From: an uncultured Caulobacterales bacterium
GTDB lineage: Bacteria > Pseudomonadota > Alphaproteobacteria > Caulobacterales > Maricaulaceae
Reading direction: 5' to 3'
Length of the DNA: 64,000 bases
NCBI GenBank assembly: GCA_964524065.1
Contig: CAZGCB010000001.1
Span: 16,006 to 80,005, forward strand
The position numbers and the translations under genes were made by a program. The notes under the pieces are model-generated. The model saw nothing but the letters and a program-made list of their open reading frames with translations, was not told where the DNA came from and did no database searches. Position 1 is the stretch's first letter, and every line of letters begins with the position of its first letter. Shown here in pieces: positions 36,522-45,219 of this stretch.

Positions 36522-39299
36522 CTAGAATCCCCCCGACAAACGCGATAACGCCGCCTGATAATTGGCGATCCGGGCGGCGAGGAACGCGGGCGGCTCACCA
36601 TTGAGCCGCTGTGCTTGCTCCAACGCCTCCTCGCGCGCCGGGTCCTTTGTGATTTCCCGGTAGCCCTTGCGAATAGCGCTCATGGCGTCATTGAGGATGT
36701 CCACCGCCGCTTGGGCGCTGTCGCGATCGGCGATGGACAGCGTACGCGGCAGCTTCAGCTCGATCTCCTCCGGCTGATCCTCCACATCCGGATCGGGCTT
36801 AGCCACTTTACCAGGTTCGATGCCGAGGGCTTTGAGCAGGTCATTGCCCTCACGCCCAGCGATAAGCTCAATCTCCACGCCATCACGCGGCTTGATGCTC
36901 ACCCCGTCGCCGCCCGGGATGCGCCGCGTGGTGGCGTCGCCGCGCGAACCGAGGGCCAAGTCCACCTTGAACGCCAGGCCGCGCAGGCTGTCGCCAGCAT
37001 CCAAAGTGATGCGCTTCTTGACGCCATTAACGCGCAGATCAAAGTAATCACCGGCTTTGGCGGTCGTGCGGTCGGCCACCGCAAGCGAATCCGACAGCTC
37101 AAGGGAGCCGGTGGGCAAGCCGAAGGCCGCCAGCGTGTTATCCGTGCCCGGAAGAACTACAACGCCGCCCGCTTGCGAGCTGTTATTGCGCCCTTCAATT
37201 TGCGTGGTCCAGTCCAGCGCCCCGGTGGCGCCATCCAAGCGCGCCACAAAGGACTGACGCCCGCCCCCCAAACTGTCGCCGGTGGTCAAATCGCTGTCGG
37301 TGCGGCCCGCGACGTAAACCGAGCCGGCGTCCACCACCAAATCGGCCGCGACATCCTCGCCCTGCCCGCCAATGAAACGGGCGAAGTCCACAGCGGCCGT
37401 CGTGGAGTCGACACCCAACACAAAGGCGTCACGGGCCCCGGCGTTAGCGTCGCTGGGCGCGGTGAAATTGTCCCGCGCGCCGCCCGCGACATAGACCGTC
37501 CCGGCGCCGGCGTCCAAGGCGATGTCCGTGATCTGGCCAAAGGCGAAGTTCGGATCGGTCCAGGACCAACCGGGCACTTCAGTCCCGGCGTTGGGGTCGA
37601 GTTTGCGCACGACCGCCTGGTCGGCGCCGACGCCGCCATAATACAATTCGCCGTTTTCAAATTCCAAAGCGGTGGTGGAATCGACGCCGAGATCCGCCCC
37701 CTGGGCCGTCCAACTCACCGCGCCAGCGGCGTCAAAGGCGCGCACAAAGCCATCGGAGGTTCCCTCCAACGGCGCGCCGTTCAGGGACCCGCCCGTCACG
37801 CCGCCCACAAACACGCGCCCATCATCGCCCACCGCAACGGACTCGATGGCGTCATCGCGGAAGGAGCCGAAGCGCTTCAGCCAATTCAGCTCGCCATCGC
37901 CATCATAGGACGCCACGAACGCATCCTTGCGTCCCAGATCAACAGTGCCGCCCATGGTTCCCGTCAAGGACCCGGCGACCGCCACCGTGCCATCGGCCCC
38001 CACATCCAAGGCCAAGCCCTCGGCGCTGTCGCCCGCCCCCACCGAACGCGCCCACAGCTGGCGGCCGGCGGCGTCGTATTTCAACAGCACCACATCGCGT
38101 TCACCCTGGGGCCCGACGCCATTCACCTCGCCGGCGGTTTCGGCCAACGCGTAGAAGCCATCCGCAGCCGCCACCGTCTTGGTGATGAGGAAGTCCTCCG
38201 TCGGCGGTCCGGGCGGCTCGTTCTCGCGCCCCTCAATTTTGAGATTAGGATTCACCTTGACCGAGGACGGATCGCCCAAGGCCTCAATGCGGATGGACGG
38301 ATCCGCCGTCGGACCGCCCGGCGTGTCCAGGCCCGTAAGGCGTGTAATCTGCCCCGCGCGCACGGTGGGAATGGGCGCTGGGATCGTCTCATCGCCGGTG
38401 TCGATGGGCGTGCTTAGCTTGCCGGAGGCGCCCGCCACGAACATCGATGCTTGCGCGTCGGCCGGCGGCACCGAGAAGCTCAACGCCTCGGTGCTGGTGC
38501 CCTTGATGGTGAAGCCATATTCCGGCGTCACATCCTCACCGGTTCCGTTCAGCCGCACATCATCAAAGCGCGTGGTGAGCCCCGCCGCCTCCAGCTGCGT
38601 GTTGATGAAGGCGGTGACGTTGCGCATGTTTTTCGTCTCGCCGGGATCCATGGCGGACACATCAATGGTGACGTCGGTCACCACACCGGTGAGACTGCGC
38701 GAGGAGATGGTGAAAGGCGTGGCGCTGGCGAAGCCGGCCACCGCATCATCGAAATTGCCGCGATGAAGGACGCCGGTGGTGAATTCCTGCAGCGGCTTCA
38801 CCACGGGCACCGTGGATTTGGCCTCCGTGCGCGCCTCACCGCGCACCACTTGGGCGTTCTCAAAACTCTCTGTGGCCAGGAAGTCCTGGATTTGTTGGAA
38901 GCCCTCTTGAAACTGACGGTCGAGGCTGCGCCGGCCGGCGTCCGTGATGTCCTTCCCCGCCGCTTCACCGGCGACCGCCCACAGGGCTTTGACGCCTTGG
39001 TGTAAAGCGAACAGCTTTTTAACATCATCGGGGGCGTCGAGATCGGAAAAGCCGCCAAGATCATTGGAGTCGATGAACACGCCCGAGGCCAGCACCTTCC
39101 GGCGCAACTCCTCAGTGCTCGGCGTTTGCGCGCCTGTGTCCCAGGGCGGGGTGATGTCCGCCGTCTGAGCGGCCAAGCTGTCCGCCGGCGTTGCGGGAAT
39201 CTGGGCCGGCGCCGCACGTGCGGCGGCCAAGCTGGCGCGCGCGCCATACCAGTTCGATAACAGGTTCGCCCCAATACTGATGGGCGTGAACGTGACCAT
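36522..39299 (-). CDS. 925-aa flagellar-locus protein with a central six-repeat beta-propeller (SBBP-like). It may be related to Caulobacter FlaEY.
   Basis: Long ORF with no competing sense ORF. No signal peptide. Six repeats of the type G..DaFV..yD..G...W. Helical C-terminus ending ANYQAALSRLSGGF. Confidence 0.8.
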   Translation of the reverse strand: MVTFTPISIGANLLSNWYGARASLAAARAAPAQIPATPADSLAAQTADITPPWDTGAQTPSTEELRRKVLASGVFIDSNDLGGFSDLDAPDDVKKLFALHQGVKALWAVAGEAAGKDITDAGRRSLDRQFQEGFQQIQDFLATESFENAQVVRGEARTEAKSTVPVVKPLQEFTTGVLHRGNFDDAVAGFASATPFTISSRSLTGVVTDVTIDVSAMDPGETKNMRNVTAFINTQLEAAGLTTRFDDVRLNGTGEDVTPEYGFTIKGTSTEALSFSVPPADAQASMFVAGASGKLSTPIDTGDETIPAPIPTVRAGQITRLTGLDTPGGPTADPSIRIEALGDPSSVKVNPNLKIEGRENEPPGPPTEDFLITKTVAAADGFYALAETAGEVNGVGPQGERDVVLLKYDAAGRQLWARSVGAGDSAEGLALDVGADGTVAVAGSLTGTMGGTVDLGRKDAFVASYDGDGELNWLKRFGSFRDDAIESVAVGDDGRVFVGGVTGGSLNGAPLEGTSDGFVRAFDAAGAVSWTAQGADLGVDSTTALEFENGELYYGGVGADQAVVRKLDPNAGTEVPGWSWTDPNFAFGQITDIALDAGAGTVYVAGGARDNFTAPSDANAGARDAFVLGVDSTTAAVDFARFIGGQGEDVAADLVVDAGSVYVAGRTDSDLTTGDSLGGGRQSFVARLDGATGALDWTTQIEGRNNSSQAGGVVVLPGTDNTLAAFGLPTGSLELSDSLAVADRTTAKAGDYFDLRVNGVKKRITLDAGDSLRGLAFKVDLALGSRGDATTRRIPGGDGVSIKPRDGVEIELIAGREGNDLLKALGIEPGKVAKPDPDVEDQPEEIELKLPRTLSIADRDSAQAAVDILNDAMSAIRKGYREITKDPAREEALEQAQRLNGEPPAFLAARIANYQAALSRLSGGF

Positions 39300-39365
39300 C
39301 GCGGCTTCCTCCGCCAGCCCTCGTCTTCTTCGAGGGCGGTGTCGTCAGAGTGTCGCCGGTTGCCG

Positions 39366-39381
39366 GTTAGGGTCGGTTTAA
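39366..39381 (-). promoter_or_regulatory. CtrA-box-like motif TTAA-N7-CTAAC upstream of the 925-aa gene
   Basis: The minus strand reads TTAAACCGACCCTAAC, about 70-80 nt upstream of the ATG at 39299. It differs by one base from TTAA-N7-TTAAC. Confidence 0.3.
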
Positions 39382-39514
39382 AAAAGTACGTAAACAGAAA
39401 CTGAAGACGCGCCGACAACGCCCCATGGCCACGCCCCCCTCTGGGCAGAGCCCCATGGCGTCGCCCCGCACACACATGTATGCTTGTAGTCAACACAATA
39501 CCGGGGACGAACCA

Positions 39515-39949
39515 ATGGCCGCCACGATCGCACTGCGTGCATCCACTGTCTTGTGGGTTATTTGGGGGTTGGTCCACGCCTTCGCCGGCGCCCTCATTCT
39601 CGCCGGTTCCACGACGGCGGGCTTCCAAGCCATCGCCGATGCGGTCGATCCGGCGCTTTTGGCGATGGATTATCCCGCGGCCGTGGGCGGCGTGTTGGAT
39701 CAACACGCCTGGAACTTGTTGTGGTTCGGCCTCGCCACCATCATCGGCGCCGTGTTCATTTGGCGGCGCAACACGACCGCCATTTGGGTCACCGCGATGG
39801 TGGGCGGCCTCGCGGATATTGGGTATTTCGTATTCATCGATTTGGCTGGCTACGCCAAATTCGTACCGGGCACGATCATGACCATCGTGTCAGCCTCAGC
39901 CATTGTGCTGAGCTTCGCCGCCTGGCGCATGATGGCGACGGCGAAATGA
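39515..39949 (+). CDS. Hypothetical four-TM membrane protein
   Basis: Hydrophobic 144-aa product starting MAATIALRASTVLWVIWG, with GGGGA upstream. The track ORF starts at 39425. Confidence 0.5.
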   Translation: MAATIALRASTVLWVIWGLVHAFAGALILAGSTTAGFQAIADAVDPALLAMDYPAAVGGVLDQHAWNLLWFGLATIIGAVFIWRRNTTAIWVTAMVGGLADIGYFVFIDLAGYAKFVPGTIMTIVSASAIVLSFAAWRMMATAK

Positions 39950-39953
39950 CCGG

Positions 39954-40511
39954 TTAAACCGCTAGGCCTGCATCCCACTCGCGGGCCAACAGTCCATAAA
40001 ACAGGCTGTCCACATGACGGCCCTCCACCAGCGTGGTTTGACGGTGGCGTCCTTCCTGGGTGAAGCCTAAGGCGGGCAAAAGGCGCTGTTTGGGCGCGTC
40101 GTGATCATAAATCTCCGCCCAAACGCGCTGCATCCCCAGCTCCGCAAAGGCGTAACGCAGCAACACACGCCCGGCGTCGGGCGCGAACAGCTCGTCGATA
40201 TAAAGATCATCAGCTCCAAGATAGATCGAAAAATCCCCGGTGCGGCTGCGCCAATCAATCCAGCAAATCCCCGCCGTCCCCAGCAACCGCCCGCCCGCGG
40301 GCGCCGCGTCATCGCGCGCGCATACCGCAAACATGCGCGTGGCCGGATCCTTCAGCACGATATTGTCGAACCAGCGTTCCTGCATGGCGCTGCTGATCTC
40401 GCGATGCTCACGGAAATAGCGGCGCAAGTGCGGTTGATTGCGCCAATGCCGCAGCGGCTCCAAATCAGCCCGCTCGATCGCGCGCAATTGGGTGTGCTCT
40501 CCGCTCAGCAT
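39954..40511 (-). CDS. GNAT N-acetyltransferase, PseH/FlmH-like
   Basis: LRAIERADLEPLRHWRNQPHLRRYF...ISSAMQERWF resembles the PseH N-terminus. Last gene of the nonulosonic-acid operon. Confidence 0.6.
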   Translation of the reverse strand: MLSGEHTQLRAIERADLEPLRHWRNQPHLRRYFREHREISSAMQERWFDNIVLKDPATRMFAVCARDDAAPAGGRLLGTAGICWIDWRSRTGDFSIYLGADDLYIDELFAPDAGRVLLRYAFAELGMQRVWAEIYDHDAPKQRLLPALGFTQEGRHRQTTLVEGRHVDSLFYGLLAREWDAGLAV

Positions 40512-40518
40512 CAGCGCC

Positions 40519-41103
40519 TCACCACCCGCCCGTGCCCGGCCCGCCCTTAATGGGCCCCGCCAAACGCGATGTCACCCAGCCGGCATAAAGCCCGCCGGGT
40601 TGGGGCGTGACCCGCTCATCGCCCAGCCAGCAGGCATCGACTTTGCCGGGATAAAACCCATACCAGCCCGCAATGCGCGCATAGCCTTGTCCCAAATCAT
40701 CCAGCGGATCAGGATAAGCGAACACAGCGTCAGAGGCGCGTCGCCCGTCGGGCGCCACGAGATCGTAGTACACTGCCGCCCCCTTCCATTCGCAGACGGA
40801 GAGGCCTTCGGTCGCCTGCAGCAGCGTGTCATCCATGTCCGCCGGCGGGATGTAGGGCACGGGCGCGCCAGCGGTCTCAATCACCTCCAGCGCCCGATCG
40901 GACTGCGCGATGACACGGCCCGCCCATTCGACTTTCACCGGCGCCGGCGTCGGGCGCACGGCCGGCGGTCGCGGATAATCCCACACGCTTTCTTGTCCCG
41001 GGCCCGGCGTCTCCAGCCTCACCCCGGCCGGCGGACCGCCCCACAACGCGCGGTGGGGAACGGCGCGGGCCAGGATCTCAGCATGGCTAGGCAGAACGGG
41101 CAT
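40519..41103 (-). CDS. DUF427 domain protein
   Basis: VKVEWAGRVIAQSDRALEVIETAGAPVPYIPPADM...SVCEWKGAAVYYDL pattern. An 8-nt gap separates it from the GNAT gene. Confidence 0.65.
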   Translation of the reverse strand: MPVLPSHAEILARAVPHRALWGGPPAGVRLETPGPGQESVWDYPRPPAVRPTPAPVKVEWAGRVIAQSDRALEVIETAGAPVPYIPPADMDDTLLQATEGLSVCEWKGAAVYYDLVAPDGRRASDAVFAYPDPLDDLGQGYARIAGWYGFYPGKVDACWLGDERVTPQPGGLYAGWVTSRLAGPIKGGPGTGGW

Positions 41104-41156
41104 GGCGACCTCCGCGTTCGGATAAGCAACGCCACGCGGCGCTGGCCACAGCGAAG

Positions 41157-42269
41157 TTAAGCCGCGGCGGGAGCGCGGCCAGTGGCGCTCACATCGTCCA
41201 CATCATCCCAAAACAAGGCCTCGCCCACGGATTTGGCGACCATCAGACGCGTTCCAATGACGAGATCCAGATCCGCCGGCTCCACCGCCTCCAAGGGCCG
41301 CGGCCGCAGCGCTTCGAGATCGTCGCCCGTCAGCACATGGCCCGCCGGGCGATCCGCGCGCAGGTGCAACGCGCGCCGCTGCACCACGGAGGATTGCAAC
41401 TCGTTGGGCTCCACCCGCTTAACCCCGTCGCCCAGGGCCATCTCCAGCTCGCGGGTGCGATCCACCATCTCCCGCCAGGTACGGGGGTTCATGGAGAATT
41501 GGTGGTCCGGCCCCTCGCGATCATTGTCATCGGTGAAGTGTTTCTCCACCACCCGCGCGCCGAGCGCCACCGCGCCCAACACCGCCGCATGCCCGCCCGT
41601 GTGGTCAGAAAGGCCCAGCACCAGCCCCGGCCACTTCAACGCATAGGCCTGCAACACGCGCAGGTTCACATACGCGAAGTTCTCAATGCAGCCGGTATAA
41701 TTGGTGTTGCACTGCATCAGACAGATATCGGGGTTCACCGCCAGGGCCGCCGCCATCGCGCGCTCCACATCCTCCATGTCCGCCGCCCCGGTGGACACGA
41801 AGGTGGGCTTGCCGCGCTCGGCGGTCGCTTGGATGAAGTGCGGCCAGCCAATATCGCCGGAGCCGATTTTGAACGCCTTCAGATAGGGATCGCTGTGCTC
41901 GATCGCGTCGAAATCATAGGGCGTGGTCATGTAGTCCACGCCAGCCTTGGCACACTCCGCCACCAGCGTCTGCGTCCAGTCGCGCGGTGTGGCGCAATCG
42001 TCAAACACATCGTAGACGGATTTTTTCCAGCCCGATTGATGCGCGATCGGCCCGCCCAAATCTCGAAAGCCTTGGTCGGAGACGATGTCCTTCGCCCGGA
42101 AATGCTGAAACTTGGCGCAATCAGCGCCAGAGGCGGCGGCCAGATGGATCAAATCCTTGGCCCGCTCCACATCGCCATCATGGTTGGAGGCGATGTCGGC
42201 GATGAAATAGGTCGGTTGATCCAACGCGATGTCGCGTTCGCCGATCTTAAAATGCGTGCTCCAGCGCAT
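41157..42269 (-). CDS. NeuB-family nonulosonic acid synthase (PseI/NeuB-like) with a C-terminal SAF domain
   Basis: PTYFIADIASNHDGDVERAKDLIHLAAASGADCAKFQHF and LGLSDHTGG. Internal start at 42269 with a GGAGA RBS. Confidence 0.85.
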   Translation of the reverse strand: MRWSTHFKIGERDIALDQPTYFIADIASNHDGDVERAKDLIHLAAASGADCAKFQHFRAKDIVSDQGFRDLGGPIAHQSGWKKSVYDVFDDCATPRDWTQTLVAECAKAGVDYMTTPYDFDAIEHSDPYLKAFKIGSGDIGWPHFIQATAERGKPTFVSTGAADMEDVERAMAAALAVNPDICLMQCNTNYTGCIENFAYVNLRVLQAYALKWPGLVLGLSDHTGGHAAVLGAVALGARVVEKHFTDDNDREGPDHQFSMNPRTWREMVDRTRELEMALGDGVKRVEPNELQSSVVQRRALHLRADRPAGHVLTGDDLEALRPRPLEAVEPADLDLVIGTRLMVAKSVGEALFWDDVDDVSATGRAPAAA

Positions 42270-43140
42270 GGGCCCGTCTCCGTTGTTGGACAAAGTTGCG
42301 CGCGGTTTGCGCCAAATCGGGTAAAGGCCGCCCCAACACGGCTTCGGCGCGGCGCACATCAAGGCCGGTGTGAATGGCCCGATCCGGCCCCAGCACCGCC
42401 CGCGCTGAGCCGCGGGTCGCCCAGTTCAAGGCGACCCCGCACTCCCGCGCCAGAGCGGTGATGAACTCGGCCTTGGAGGACACTTCAGAAGCCGCGACAT
42501 TTATCAATCCGCGCGCGTCCGCCTCCACCAACTCCACCAGCGCGTCGCATAGGCTCGGCGCATCAATGGTCGAGCAAAAGTAGTCCGTAAACAGAGTGAG
42601 GGGCTTGCGCTGCTCAATCGCGTCCAACGCCCAGGCCGCGATGGACGTCTTGCCCCGCCCCGGACGCACGGCCGCCATGTTGGTGCGCAGGACCAGCGCG
42701 CCCGGCGCGGTCTGCGCAAACGCCTCGCCGGCATATTTGCTGCGCGCATACTCATGCGTCAGGCGCACCGGCGCATCCTCGCCATGGCGCGCGCGCGGAT
42801 CGGCGCCGCCGTGGAAGAACTGATCGGTGGAGATCTGCACCAGCTTGCGATCATGGCGCGCGCACCATGCGGCCAGCGTCGCCACAGGACGCGCATTGAC
42901 CGCATAGGCGCCAGCCGGATCGGCGTCGCAGGCGGCCAAATCCACCAGCGCCGCGCAATTGACCACCACCTGCGGATCGACATCACGCAGCAGACGCTGC
43001 ACATCGCCCAAATCCGTCACATCCACCGCATAGTCCGCGGCCGCGCGCGCCGCCCCCATAGCCGGGATGCGCCGCAGGTGCAGTGTTTCCATCAAGGTGC
43101 GCCCCAGTGCGCCCGTGGCGCCCAACACCAACCAATCCAT
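42247..43140 (-). CDS. RmlD-like NAD(P)-dependent sugar reductase/epimerase
   Basis: MDWLVLGATGALGRTL Rossmann motif and YARSKYAGE (YxxxK). Internal start at 43140. Confidence 0.75.
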   Translation of the reverse strand: MDWLVLGATGALGRTLMETLHLRRIPAMGAARAAADYAVDVTDLGDVQRLLRDVDPQVVVNCAALVDLAACDADPAGAYAVNARPVATLAAWCARHDRKLVQISTDQFFHGGADPRARHGEDAPVRLTHEYARSKYAGEAFAQTAPGALVLRTNMAAVRPGRGKTSIAAWALDAIEQRKPLTLFTDYFCSTIDAPSLCDALVELVEADARGLINVAASEVSSKAEFITALARECGVALNWATRGSARAVLGPDRAIHTGLDVRRAEAVLGRPLPDLAQTARNFVQQRRRAHALEHAF

Positions 43141-43141
43141 C

Positions 43142-43951
43142 TCAGGCCGCCTCCGTCCGGTCTGTGTCGCGCGCATCCCCTGCGGCCCCGGACGCCGTGG
43201 CGACAGCGTCCGGACGGCCGGCTTGAAGCCGCGCCTCATCGATATGCAGGGTGTTGAGGGCCGTCAGATCCGGCCGCTGCGCGCACAGCGCCGCAAGCTC
43301 CGTCCACGGCATAGCCGCAGCCGCTTCGCCGCAGGCCTCAAACACGCCTTGGCAAAAGGCGAGATCCTCGCGGTGATCCAACGTCCAACGCAAACGCTCC
43401 ACCCCCTGGCCGGGGCCGTTCAGCGTCACGCGACGCAGGCCATCCGCCCGGCGCAGCCAGGGGGTGACATGCTCGCGATCATAGGCGTTGGTCGCCGCGT
43501 GCTCCGCCTCATAGAGCCGGGCGGCGGGGAACACATCGCAATCCAATCCGTGGGGAAACAAAGGCGGCATATTGTTGCACGCATAGTCCGCGCCCGTCTC
43601 CAGCAGGTCATCGCGCACCGCGCCGCACACCGCCGGATCGATGAAGGGACAATCGCTGGTGACGCGCATCACCAGGCCCGCGCGCACCTGGCGCGCCGCC
43701 TCAGCGTAGCGGGCCAACACATCCTGCTCCGGCCCGCGCGCCACGACATAGCCGGCCGCGGCGGCCTCCTGCGCGACGGGCTCGTCCTGGGCGCCCTGGG
43801 GGACCGCACACACCACCGCATCCACGCCAGGGATCGCGGCGCAACGGTCCAAACAACGAAGCAGAGCGCTGCGCGCGCCGAGGGGCTGCAGCACCTTGCC
43901 CGGCAGGCGGGTGGAGCCCATACGGGCTTGAACGATCACGGCGAAAACCAT
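43142..43951 (-). CDS. Cytidylyltransferase-family protein (SpsF/PseF-like)
   Basis: MVFAVIVQARMGSTRLPGKVL motif. Internal start at 43951. First gene of the operon, divergent from pseB. Confidence 0.75.
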   Translation of the reverse strand: MVFAVIVQARMGSTRLPGKVLQPLGARSALLRCLDRCAAIPGVDAVVCAVPQGAQDEPVAQEAAAAGYVVARGPEQDVLARYAEAARQVRAGLVMRVTSDCPFIDPAVCGAVRDDLLETGADYACNNMPPLFPHGLDCDVFPAARLYEAEHAATNAYDREHVTPWLRRADGLRRVTLNGPGQGVERLRWTLDHREDLAFCQGVFEACGEAAAAMPWTELAALCAQRPDLTALNTLHIDEARLQAGRPDAVATASGAAGDARDTDRTEAA

Positions 43952-43974
43952 GCCCTCAGCAGAGCGCAACAGCC

Positions 43975-43989
43975 TTAAAGCCGCCCTAA
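43975..43989. promoter_or_regulatory. CtrA-box-like motif TTAA-N7-CTAA in the divergent promoter region of the sugar genes
   Basis: TTAAAGCCGCCCTAA lies 76-90 nt upstream of the pseB ATG. Confidence 0.3.
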
Positions 43990-44064
43990 TTGCGCCGCGC
44001 GCACACGCGCCCTTAACCGTGCCGGGAGCACAAGACGGGCGGTCAGCCGCACAGGAGCGCGCCC

Positions 44065-45195
44065 ATGTCCGCCGCCCCCGCCTCGCCATCCTCACAATCG
44101 CCAGGAGCCGGACTGCCGGCGCCGCGCCGCCCCTCTGATATCGCCGGCCTGCCAGGCGTGTTCACCGGTCGCGATTTCCGCGAACCGCTGGCCGATCTCA
44201 ATGGCAAGACGGTGCTGATCACCGGCGGCACTGGATCGTTCGGGCGACAATTCGTGCAAACCGTGTGCGAGACGTTCGAACCGAAAAAACTGATCATCTT
44301 CAGCCGTGATGAGTTGAAGCAGTATGAAATGGCTCAGGCCATCGGCCCGGAGCGCTATGGCTTTTTGCGCTATTTCATCGGTGATGTGCGCGATTTTGAG
44401 CGCTTAGAGCAGGCCATGCGCGGGGTGGATGTGGTGATCCACGCCGCGGCGCTGAAGCATGTGCCCATCGCGGAATACAATCCGTTTGAGTGCATCAAGA
44501 CCAATGTGTTCGGCGCTGAAAATATCGTACGCGCCGCCATTCGACGCGGCGTGCAGCACGTCGTCGCTCTGTCGACGGATAAAGCCGCGAACCCCGTCAA
44601 TCTCTATGGCGCCACCAAGCTGTGCTCGGACAAAATCTTCACCGCCGCCCACGCCATGGCCGGTGAAGATGGACCACGCTTTTGCGTCGTGCGCTATGGC
44701 AATGTGGTGGGCTCGCGCGGGTCGGTGGTGCCCTTCTTCCAGCGCTTGGCGGCCGAGGGCGCCGACAGCCTGCCCATCACCGATGAGCGTATGACGCGCT
44801 TTTGGATCACCTTGCCGCAGGGTGTGAATTTCGTCCTGTCTTCCCTGGCGTTGGCCAAGGGCGGGGAGATTTTCATCCCCAAAATTCCCTCCATGCGCAC
44901 GGTGGATCTGGCGCACACCATCGCCCCTGGCCTCCCGCATAAGGTGGTGGGCATTCGCCCTGGCGAGAAGCTGCACGAGGTGATGGCGCCGGCCGATGAT
45001 GCGCGCGCGACGCTGGAGCTGGGGGACCGCTATGTGATCCTGCCGAGCTTTGACGAGCGCCGCCGCGCCGCCTGGCTCGAGGACGGCGCCGCGCCGGTGC
45101 CGGACGGGTTCAGCTATTCCTCCGACACCAATCCGGAGATTTTGGACGCCCGCGCTTTGCAGGACTTGCTCGCAGCCTCGTTCCAAGGCGGGTGA
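44065..45195 (+). CDS. pseB: UDP-N-acetylglucosamine 4,6-dehydratase (PseB/FlmA family)
   Basis: VLITGGTGSFG, FFIGDVRD, STDKAANPVNLYGATKL, RYGNVVGSRGSV. Confidence 0.9.
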   Translation: MSAAPASPSSQSPGAGLPAPRRPSDIAGLPGVFTGRDFREPLADLNGKTVLITGGTGSFGRQFVQTVCETFEPKKLIIFSRDELKQYEMAQAIGPERYGFLRYFIGDVRDFERLEQAMRGVDVVIHAAALKHVPIAEYNPFECIKTNVFGAENIVRAAIRRGVQHVVALSTDKAANPVNLYGATKLCSDKIFTAAHAMAGEDGPRFCVVRYGNVVGSRGSVVPFFQRLAAEGADSLPITDERMTRFWITLPQGVNFVLSSLALAKGGEIFIPKIPSMRTVDLAHTIAPGLPHKVVGIRPGEKLHEVMAPADDARATLELGDRYVILPSFDERRRAAWLEDGAAPVPDGFSYSSDTNPEILDARALQDLLAASFQGG

Positions 45196-45219
45196 ACGCG
45201 CCCGCAGCGCCGACGACGC

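Noticed and set aside
36615-38417. 600-aa plus-strand ORF antisense to the 925-aa gene
   Set aside because: Its Arg/Gly/His/Ala-rich composition has no domain signature. The minus-strand frame has coherent repeat architecture and sensible amino-acid composition.
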